The position numbers and the translations under genes are program-made. A model generated the notes under the pieces. It worked only from the letters and a program-made list of their open reading frames with translations, was not told the DNA's origin and did no database searches. Of a stretch of DNA of 64,000 nt, positions 54,087-64,000 are shown piece by piece. The DNA comes from Octopus bimaculoides (taxonomy: Eukaryota): the NCBI RefSeq assembly GCF_001194135.2, contig NC_068983.1:48711445-48775444 (forward strand), given 5' to 3'. Numbering within the stretch: the first letter of the stretch is position 1; the number at the start of each line of letters is the position of its first letter.

Positions 54087-54539
54087 CCATTATTATTATT
54101 GCTGTTGTTGTTCATGTTGTTTTAAATACCATTATTAATATGGATTAGTGCTGATAATAATGACATTTACTTTTGAATGATAAAGATAAAAAGAAAACAA
54201 AACCAAAGGCATAATACTAATATAAATGAATTAATTACTGAGTTCATCCTTGCAATGAATAAAAATTATCAATTTACTTTTTTAAAACACAATCCCAATA
54301 CATTTGAAGGATTGCATACAATTCCCAGGAATAATTATTACCTTTGTAAACTTCAGTATAAAGGAAGAATGTAATTTAAGTTAGTTATTAAGCCGACGTC
54401 TTTAATATTTCACGTCTTGAACTTAAATTTAAAATAATAAATATATGTATTCATAATTTAAGTTTGTGATAATGCCTTTTCCAATATCTTCAGTGCGATA
54501 TATGTATTGAAGTGGCGGGCGCTAAGTAGTGATGTTTAT

Positions 54540-54734
54540 AAAAGCCTGCAATTTAAGGGGAGAGGGTAAGACGATTACAGTGACCACAGTACGCAACTGC
54601 TACACTTTTATCGACCCCGAAAGGATGAAAGGTAAAGTCTACCTTGGTGGGATTTGAACTCAGAAGTTAAAGGACGGACGAACCGCTGCTGAGCATTTTA
54701 CTTGGCCTGCTAACGATTCTGCTAGCTTGCCGCC
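54540..54734 (-). mobile_element. SINE family B
   Basis: TTTTATCGACCCCGAAAGGATGAAAGGTAAAGTCTACC…GATTTGAACTCAGAA…GCTAACGATTCTGCTAGCTTGCCGCC. Confidence 0.9.
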
Positions 54735-55089
54735 TAAGTCACTCTATGTATTAATATTGAAGTTTATATCCGCACAATTCCCTTCTCTTCACCGTAGATT
54801 TGGATGAGATCAGGAATTTAACACTGATTAAATCTTGTTAAATATGTCAAATTTTCTATCCTTTTTGTCTGGTAGCAGCACTCTCTTTGCCTCTATGGGA
54901 AACACGGATCGAGATAATCAGTATGTTATCTGCATTCTATTTTACGAAAATGAATTTATTCGTAAAATAATCGATTCGGAACAGTAATGGTGGTCGTTGC
55001 CATATATTTTGAATACTTTTACTTAGCTGTGGTGAGAAAATGGATAAGGTTAATGAAGGTGAACATGTCGATTATCACGATATGATGAA

Positions 55090-55255
55090 ATTCACGATAA
55101 TATAATGGTCGTGATGATGAGGCGATGATGATGTTAGTGATAACGACGACAATGACGATGACGACCACCACCACAAATATTACAACAATGATGACTGTGA
55201 TGTTGGTTATGTGGATGGCAGCGGTGATGATGATGGTAGTGGTGGTGTTGACAAT
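55090..55255. repeat. Degenerate (GAT/GAC/GGT) trinucleotide tract
   Basis: Direct inspection. Confidence 0.7.
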
Positions 55256-55992
55256 AGGGAGGTGGGGACAAAGATGAACATGCTGATTATGCCTTAAATT
55301 TAGCATGACCTGTAAAACTATACACACTTAATTTAGAAACACCCCGAGCGACATTTCGTGATTTGAAGTTATTATATTCTGCTGTTGACATTGAGAATTC
55401 AACAACGCTGAGAAAGGAAGCAACATTTAAGTGTCGAAGTCAGAGAATGCATGTGTGCAATTATGTGCACGTGATCATGAATCTATTTCGAATAAATCTG
55501 GATCTCACTCTCTCTCTCTGCCCTATCTATCTAAACGTGAGCACGCACACACGCTCATACATAAACCTATCTACCTAAATATATATATATATATATATAT
55601 ACTCTGATACACACACGCACGCACACGCACACATATATATATATACAGATATAGGGTAAAAATAGATACTTAATTGATAATTAGTCATTTTACCAAGTAG
55701 TTCGGTGTGTAAAAAACCATTATCGGTAAATGTGTAAACAATTGAAAACTTGAGGTTCAGCAAGTATTACTTCCTCAAACACCAAAAATTAGAAANNNNN
55801 NNNNNNNNNNNNNNNNNNNNNNNNNNNNNNNNNNNNNNNNNNNNNNNNNNNNNNNNNNNNNNNNNNNNNNNNNNNNNNNNNNNNNNNNNNNNNNNNNNNN
55901 NNNNNNNNNNNNNNNNNNNNNNNNNNNNNNNNNNNNNNNNNNNNNNNNNNNNNNNNNNNNNNNNNNNNNNNNNNNNNNNNNNNNNNNNNNNN

Positions 55993-56061
<69 letters not shown>

Positions 56062-56080
56062 CGTGCGCACACACACACAC
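55993..56080. repeat. (GT)n microsatellite at a gap edge
   Basis: Direct inspection. Confidence 0.95.
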
Positions 56081-56825
56081 AAGTTTGTATGCAGATTAGC
56101 AGTTATATCCTGGAAGAAGCATTGTAAGTATTTAGCAATACAAGAATACATTGAATTCAGCTTGAAATACTTTTCATGAAGTACTAACGCTTCGTTTACT
56201 GAACTGTGATGCGGACAGCGACAGACTTTCACCGCAACAATTTGCATGTTTTTTTATGGCCAATTATGGCGCACCGTGAGTTTTTTTCCCCTTCCGTACT
56301 GAATTTACTTATGACGATGTTATATTCTTGTTGATTGATTTGAACTTCATCATATCTGTCATGGATTGGTTTCATTCTTTAATAATCCATTGTTTTGTTT
56401 CATTAAGAGATTCTATATATCGTTGTAATCATTTAATATTATGTTCTTCTCTTCATACATTTATCTTCGGTTATTTCGGGATGAAGTGAAGTACCTCTCC
56501 TTCAGAAACGCTTCGCAATGAATTTGTGGGAAGGGATGAATTAGTCCCCTCAAATTGGAAAGCTGACTTGCATGCTAGTAACACAATGGGCTTTGTCAAG
56601 TGAACCAAAGGTGACAGGTGATAGCGGAGTATAACCGTATGAAGGATTTAAATCAACCCAGTCGATACTGTACTCAAGTTCCAAAGACCTCTAAAAAAAA
56701 ATAAAACAGAAAGAGTACCCACCCGTAGTAGTAACTAAAGCTCTAGTACACCCCTATATATTGACACCATAAAAATGAAAGGCAGAGGTAAATTGAACAG
56801 GGTTTCATGGCTCAAACTTTTCTGT

Positions 56826-57175
56826 ATATATTTATATGTTGCGAGGCATTTTGCTACGTTTCCACGAGCAGAAAATAGAAAACTATGACGCCTGCTGTCA
56901 GTTTTCGTGACTAGGGCAATATTTAAGAGGAATTGCACAATGTATAAATGTGAATCGAAATCGCCTAGTGGACTGTACGCACAAAACACCAGCATAGTGA
57001 ACTCTATGTACAAAAATGTCTGCATATATTTATATGTTCCGAGGCATTTTCTCCGATGTTACATAAATTTTGTTACGTTCCTAGGAGCAGAAAATAGAAA
57101 ATTATGACACCAGCTACCATTTTTCGTGATGAGAGCAATATATTTAAGGGGACGTGCAAAATATGGAAATGTGCA
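56826..57175. repeat. Diverged direct duplication (56826-56950 vs 57024-57172)
   Basis: ATATATTTATATGTT.CGAGGCATTTT…GAGCAGAAAATAGAAAA.TATGAC…TTTTCGTGA…GCAATAT occurs twice. Confidence 0.8.
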
Positions 57176-57424
57176 TATTGGAGTCTTATGCGAGAGATGT
57201 CTCTTTTTGTTGTATTCTACTTGCAACAAACGGAGATGAAATAAAGTGAAATGCTGTTGTGTCTAAGGAGAGTCATTATGCCAACATTAATAACACACGC
57301 ACTAGTTCAATTTCACTCCTATATTATTAGTCACTGAAAAGGATGCAAATAAAAACGAAAGAACTTGTATAAAAAAGAAAACAAACAAGCAAAAAGAAAA
57401 ACAAACAAAAAGAAAACAAACAAT

Positions 57425-57812
57425 GGCGCTGGCGTGGTTATTTAGTAAGAAGCTTGCTTCCCAACCACGTTGTCTCGGCTTCAGTCCCACTACATTGCAA
57501 CACGGGCAAGTTTCTTCTACTACAGCCTCGGGCCGACCAAAGCCTAGTGAATGGATTTGGTAGACGGAAACTGAAAGAAGCCCGTTGTATATGTGTATAT
57601 GTCTATATTTGTGTGTTTGTGTCTGTTTGTTCCCCGCCAAACCATCGCTTGACAACTGACATTGGTGAGTTATGTCCGCGTAACTTAGTGGTTCGGCAAA
57701 AAGATACTCTTTGTAAACCTGGTACTTATTCTATCGGTAGGTCCTGGGGTCGATCTGTTCGATCTAAGGTGTTGCTCTAGCATGGCCACAGCCAAATGAA
57801 TAAAGAAAAGAA
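57425..57812 (+). mobile_element. SINE family A with an internal micro-inversion
   Basis: Normal head and tail, but 57705-57738 is the reverse complement of the family segment. Confidence 0.88.
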
Positions 57813-58213
57813 TAACTGAATGATTTATCAAGAAAGACAAAGAATCGATTAGTTAGTTTGATATTCAATAAGAGTAAACTTCAACCAGTGCGTGTGTTAT
57901 TAATATTGGCATAATGACTCTCCGTATACACGGCACAATTTGTTTCAACACACGAATTCATATAAAGAATCTTGCAAACCACGTGCAAAATCTAAGTGAA
58001 ATACACTATCTGTGAACGTCAATCGAACCAATAACTTGCTTTCTATTGCAAAGGATTTCTCATCTTGTTCTTCGCTACTTACCACAAACTAAATGTAACC
58101 AAAGTGAAATGCACAGTCTTTAATCATGAATCGAACCTCCGTACTGGAGTCGCATGTCATATATCGTTCTTCTTGTTCTTCCTCTACGCTAGTTACCACA
58201 AACTAAATGAAAT

Positions 58214-58723
58214 TCTTTTATTCGTTTCTGTCATTTGACTGCGGCCATGCTGGAACACCGCCTTCAGTCGAGCAAATCGACCCTAGGATTTATTCTTTGT
58301 AAACCTAGTACTTATTCTATCGGTCACTTTTGCCGAACTGTTAAGTTACGGGTGCATAAACATCGGTTGTCAAACGACGATAGGAGGGACAAACACACAC
58401 ACACACACACAACTTAAATATAGGACAAAATCTTTATATGCTTCGCGTTCGGTAAAATGTGTTTATTATGGTAGTTTGACTTTAAGAGACCCTCCTAGCG
58501 TGATGTATTTATGTATTGTACTGCCCTTTATNNNNNNNNNNNNNNNNTATATATATATGGCAGGCTTCTTTCAGTTTCAGTCTATTAAATACCCTCCCAA
58601 GACTTTGGTCGGCCTGAGGCTATAGTAGAAGACACTTGCCTGAGGTTTCACGGAGTGGGACTGTACCTGGAAACATGTGGTTGGTAAACAAGGTACCTAC
58701 CACACAGCCAGTCCTGCGCCCTA
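58214..58723 (-). mobile_element. SINE family A, interrupted in its central tract by about 120 bp of unrelated sequence and a gap
   Basis: Tail 58214-58410, head 58550-58723. Confidence 0.85.
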
Positions 58724-59209
58724 TATTTCACTTATTTAAATTTATGTTGACTGGGTGTGTAATTGTTCACGTTCCTTTTTGTGCAAGTCAATAAATCTGA
58801 AATATGATGCGTACAACTGACAGTTAAAATATCGTTCATTTTTATACACTGTAAGAAAATTTTTCAAATGTCAAGAGACTATCTTTAAGATTACTTAAGC
58901 AAAGTTCACTAATCTCTTAATTCCACTCTCGTTGGTAGCACATAGCTTCAGTAACTATTGCAGTGTACACACTTTACTGCCAGATATATCTCAAGAGAGC
59001 GAAGGGCAATAATATATCAGAAGTACTTTACCTTACTCGAGGGAATATATGAAAAGAAAGAGAGGATAGAATGAGGAATATAGGAGAATGGCTTTCCTGT
59101 TCTTCTTCTTTTCTCTTCGTCATTTCAGAAGAAAGAAAGATACATATAAGCGGAATAGAAAAAGCGAAAGAAAAAAAAATATATATATAAAAATGAAGGA
59201 AATATATAT

Positions 59210-59362
59210 TTTCTTTTACTCGTTTTAGTCATTTGACTGCGGAAATGCTGGAACACCGCCTCTCGTCGAACAAATCGATTCCAGGACTTTTTCTTTGTAA
59301 GCCTAGTACTTATTCTTTCGGTATCTTTTTTCCGAACCGCTATGTTACGGGGACGTAAACAC
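59210..59362 (-). mobile_element. SINE family A, 3' fragment
   Basis: GTCATTTGACTGCGG…TTTGTAAGCCTAGTACTTATTC…GGGGACGTAAACAC. Confidence 0.88.
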
Positions 59363-59899
59363 AGACGAGAAAATACATATATTATATATATTAAATATAG
59401 AGAATCAAATCACTCTAAAAACGTCTTGAGGTGTATACGANNNNNNNNNNNNNNNNNNNNNNNNNNNNNNNNNNNNNNNNNNNNNNNNNNNNNNNNNNNN
59501 NNNNNNNNNNNNNNNNNNNNNNNNNNNNNNNNNNNNNNNNNNNNNNNNNTATATATTATTTAAAAGAGTTCCAACTCCGTTTTTTATGTTTTATTTATAT
59601 TCTTATAAAATTAATGTGGGATATAGAATATGGAATATATAATATAATATAAATGGTAAAATGAAATGAAGCATTGACTGAGTTATTGAATATATGAAAT
59701 ATTGAGTATTAAATATAGAGAATCAAATCACTCTAAAAACGTCTTGAGGTGTATACGAGACCGAACAGAACTCTAATCTCCTCTATACGTTGTGATTTGT
59801 TCTGTAAAAGCTGCTAAACATTGAATAACATGAGTTGTCCATTGTAGAAAATAGAGAATATTTAAACAACCATACTCCCTTCCTCCAGCTGAAGTTCTC

Positions 59900-60450
59900 G
59901 TGGCATCAAATAATAGAGCCATAGATGCAATTGCCAACATCAACCTACGCTAGACTGCGAGTATCAAGAATAAAGTCTTTATAACAGGCAGAATATGCTC
60001 ATCCATCATTAGAATTTAGCCATTCGAGATTCTGCTAACGTCATTCTCTCTACGTTTGACAAATCTCTCTTTCAATATCACTGCATACTATTGTCTCTCT
60101 AGACAAAAGGAATCATATTATGGGAACAGAAACCTCCCTTTCCCCGATTATCGATCGCAAATTAAAATATGTACCATCAGAAGCATTCATGACTTGGAAT
60201 GCTTTAAAAAAGGCAGAAAAATTATTAGTTCCCTGGAAGGTATTGGCGCTCAATCATTAATACAGTTTAGAAAACATGCCACCAGTACCGTCCAAACGAT
60301 GATTATTCCAAATTCCCTAATCACTCAAGACCTTGATCTCCATAAAAAAGCCGAATTCATATCACATAAAATTGAGACACAATATTTCATTTACAACAAT
60401 TTTCCATGTGATATTCAAATTAAACCCAGGAGAACTCAACAGGCGAAAAT
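59900..60450 (-). mobile_element. Possible very old CR1-group endonuclease C-terminal relic
   Basis: Only weak motifs: GFNLNITW (cf. GDFNLP.I.W) and CSHNMIPF (cf. SDH.LI.F). Confidence 0.3.
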
Positions 60451-62076
60451 ACCCATAACATACAAAAGAAATCTATATAACAGGTAATTCACTGACTAGA
60501 ATGCATTTCGGTGACTAAATAATCCTTACATGATTGGGATATGGTGTCTTAAAATATGATTTAAAGACTACGTATATTATTTTAAAGTTAGAGAATCTAT
60601 AATTTTCAAACATTTTCTCTTATGAAGTTCGTATGCATACAAGTCATTTGACATACTGTTATCCATTGGTATTTTGCATACAATTTTTTTTAATTTAAGC
60701 TTAATTGCCTGGGAGTGTTAGCATAAGGGGATTACCGAAGAGGGAAGTCTGGGGGAATAAATGGAATATAGATTAAGCTATCCAGTCTGGAGAGGTTGAC
60801 CATTCGAAATATAATCATTCCGCTATTTAAATTGCTGTTTATTTAGGAAAGGGATAGTTTCTTTGTAGATGTTCAAGATATATACTATTGCGGTCGGGGT
60901 GTTTAGTTTGTCTGTAATACAGAAGATGCATTTGCTGTTGTGTTAATTCTATTGGTTCACTTGGGCTCCAACACTCCGATTAATAGAGATGTTTTTTAAA
61001 CACATATCTGTTAATGTACAGGTTGTTTTTTGAGAAAGAAACAGCGTATCTTTTCTTCGTTTCTGAACGAATTTAGGCAGACAGACAGATAAATAGGGAG
61101 GTAGATAGATAGATGATATAGACAAATGGATGTATAGACAGATTCATAGATTTAAAAGAGGTTGCATGAGATGGTACAAAACAAAAGTAACTGATTATAT
61201 GATACTATTATGCAAAATATTGATGTGCATTAAAATTTAGTGACTTTATCTTCATAAAAATGAATTAGTGCCAGACAAGTTATATGATAGTTTGTGTCGC
61301 TCAGAACGTAAAATCACGAAACATATAATACACCGATAGGAATAAACTCCAACACATATACACAAGGACTAAGAATTTTTGTTTACTTTTGATGGAATGG
61401 CATCTTGACTTCAAAGATGACAGCCTCATATGTCACCTGTAACATCTAGTCAACAATTTGATATATTTTCTAACGTGTATATTCAAGTAATAGAATGTAA
61501 CTGTCTTCTATAACATACATTGAAACCCTACAATAACCTAGATAACCTTCTAGGGCCAATCTAATTTAGCCGAGTTCTGTCAAAGAGACCTCTTAACATT
61601 GTTTCACTCAGATTTTATGATATAAAGAGCGGAAAGTTTTTTGACGTATACAGAATTCTAAGTATTCTCAAAAGATATCACTTACGTTCTCTTTGGTTAA
61701 ATGGTTTGATGTATGGATGAAATTTTAATATTTTATATTTGTTCAGCTTAAATTTTATATTTATATGGAAATAACCAATCACTTTAAGGAATAACCAATC
61801 ATTTTAGGGAATAAAAACTGAAGCATTTTGGCAAAGCTTACGTACGACATTTAGTTAGTTTCATTGATGTATAGACTGACACACAACTTTCCATATGTTA
61901 GATGAAGGCTGCTTATACTAATAAACATTTATTTCCTGGTATTATATAAATATACGTGTATATTTTCTGTATTACATGGGTGAAATATTTTTGTGTCTAA
62001 AAGCAATATATTTGAATTTATATATTATTATACGCAATCTTATAGTAGAACTTACCTTGTATACATATACGCGCGC

Positions 62077-62185
62077 ACACATAAAAACACCTCCACATAC
62101 AACTCCAAACTCACACATACAAACACCCCCACATACAACTCCACACACACACATGCAAACACCCCCACAAACAACTCCACACGCG
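62077..62185. repeat. Minisatellite, about three units of about 33-35 bp
   Basis: ACACC(T/C)CCACA(T/A)ACAACTCCA occurs three times. Confidence 0.8.
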
Positions 62186-62479
62186 TATATATAAGTGTGT
62201 GGGAGTGCATATATATCTGTGTACCTCTACGTATACTAGATTTGAAATACATTCTACAATAACTTTTATTGATTGATGAAAGCAAAAAAAAAAATATTGT
62301 TCAAATGCAAAGTCTGATCTAAAAATATCAACTGTTATGGTAACGGAGTTAAAGTACTCTGTCTGAAGCCTCTTGAATTGACCTTGAACTCTGCCGCACA
62401 TGCGCATTAAGTTATAAACGTTCATGCACACTTCCGTTGTTAATAGCAATGATTGGAAATAAAGTGTGCAGAGTATGGT

Positions 62480-62856
62480 CGTCCCAAGAAAGAAGATCGG
62501 GCTTCAGCTTTGCATGATTTCCTTTATTGTATCGAAGAAGACGGAAACATTTTGAAAACTATGATAGAAGTTGACGAATCATATGTCTATGGCTGTGTTC
62601 CCGAAACCTAGGTTCAAACTTCGCAGTGGGAAGCCACCAGAAGATTTCAAGACGTTGTGGAAATCGAACAGAATGCGATGAGGTAGCAGCTCGCTCTCCA
62701 CAAAAATAAGTTTCAGAAATGCTTCCACTAATGGAAACGATTCCGAATAATGTGTGTGGCTTCACAAGAAGACTACATCGGAAGAAATTAAACGTCGAAA
62801 TATGTGTTAGTTTTCATTTTATAGCATCACGCTCAATACCTTTTGATCATACCTCG
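62480..62856 (+). mobile_element. mariner relic with internal deletion and 3' TIR
   Basis: VDESYVYGCVPET*VQTSQW (cf. GDESWVYGYDPETK.QS.QW); ends CCTTTTGATCATACCTCG then TA. Confidence 0.8.
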
Positions 62857-63449
62857 TATTTCAGTCAATTGATGATCTACTAAACAACGCAATAACAAAA
62901 TTAGTTCATAATCAAGACAGATGCACATAATGAGTAAATTATTTAGTCAACATCCCCAATATTATACTGTAAAGAAAAAGACTTAGACCGAGAGTTTTGA
63001 ACAAAATTGCGCATAACCAAAATATGAAAAGCGTTAGGCAATCGGTAATTTTATGTGACATGTCTAATGTGATTTCTGACCGAAAAATAATTTTTTCATC
63101 GGCAGTCTCATTTCGAATATATTTTTCGTTTATCTAATTACCAGATAACTTGATTTTTTGACCTGTATCAACGTAGAAAATTTTCTTGGAAGCATTTTCA
63201 AAATCATGTTCATAAAATTATTTAGACAACGATAATAGTTCACAATAAATTAATTATTCTTTCTTGAAAAGATTTGCGTGCGTTTTATAGTTTGAATGTT
63301 ATAAGTGTAAATAAACATTTGGACTTGTTCCTATGGGAACGAGTAATGCTATTTAAAGTATTAGCTTGAAACAGCCGTATTTATATGTTCTATTGACACA
63401 CATTTTTATAAAGTAAATATGTCGGTCCCCAGTACTGATCGTCGTTATA

Positions 63450-63630
63450 TTGGTTTCAAATTTTGGTACAAGGTTAGCAATTGTAAGGGAGGGTGCAATC
63501 GATTACACTTACCCCTTTGCGCAACTGGTACTTATTTTATCGTCCTCGAAAGGAGGAAAGCTAAGGTCGACTCCAGAGGAATTTAAACTTAGAACGTAAC
63601 CAACCTGGAAGATATCCCGCTAAGCACGAT
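63450..63630 (-). mobile_element. SINE family B, diverged
   Basis: CAACTGGTACTTATTTTATCGTCCTCGAAAGGAGGAAAGCTAAGGTCGAC…ACTTAGAACGTA. Confidence 0.82.
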
Positions 63631-63683
63631 TTCCAGCACTGAGTGGAAAAAGTGCTTAGTCCATCTGTCTCTCTCTCTCTCTA

Positions 63684-63722
<39 letters not shown>

Positions 63723-64000
63723 ATATATATATATAAGGTTGAGGAAGGTATTGGATTTAACCAAACCCAAGAGGATACAGGTAATACCGAGTAAGTCTTG
63801 TATACCGACTAGTTTGCCCCAGTCGTTGTATGAACAGGATTGGATATTATAAGTCGTGTATTAGCGTGTGTATATGTAAATATATAAAAACAAAAAGATG
63901 AAGAGAGCAAAGGTAAGGTTGGAAAAGTATTTTATGGATAGAGTCTTACAGCTCTTCAAGTAAACAAGCAAAAATCCATTGCAATATGGAATATATGTAC

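Noticed and set aside
56081-56130. Possible micro-exon ending in a strong GTAAGT donor
   Set aside because: About 29 nt beside a microsatellite, with no supporting context.
60056-60487. 143-codon plus-strand ORF
   Set aside because: No family motif; the opposite strand has weak CR1-like motifs, so it is more likely the antisense of a decayed LINE.

Overview
AT-rich, repeat-dense animal genomic DNA from a gapped draft assembly, with many N runs (largest 41795-42790), most of them abutting (TA)n/(CA)n tracts. From memory, the SINE families and microsatellite load look like an octopod (Octopus-like) genome; this is an inference, not a database match. I found no host protein-coding exon I can support. 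Nearly all ORFs in the track are microsatellite or N read-throughs, or decayed transposon fragments. The window holds about 13 copies or fragments of tRNA-headed SINE family A, about 8 of SINE family B and 2 of SINE family C. It also holds decayed R4/Dong-, RTE-, CR1-group and L1/Tx1-type LINE fragments, a Penelope-like (RT thumb + GIY-YIG) fragment, four Tc1/mariner transposase relics and one MITE. Best candidate for an undescribed system: Penelope-type minimal hammerhead ribozyme motifs in short non-coding elements. One sits in a tRNA-headed (Pol III A/B box) SINE-like element with an inverted 5' partial duplication (21502-21809), two degenerate ones lie in a 339-bp fold-back (41456-41794), and one is at 36042-36125. 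Also notable is a stack of six same-orientation R4/Dong 3' ends separated mostly by trinucleotide tracts (52465-54100).
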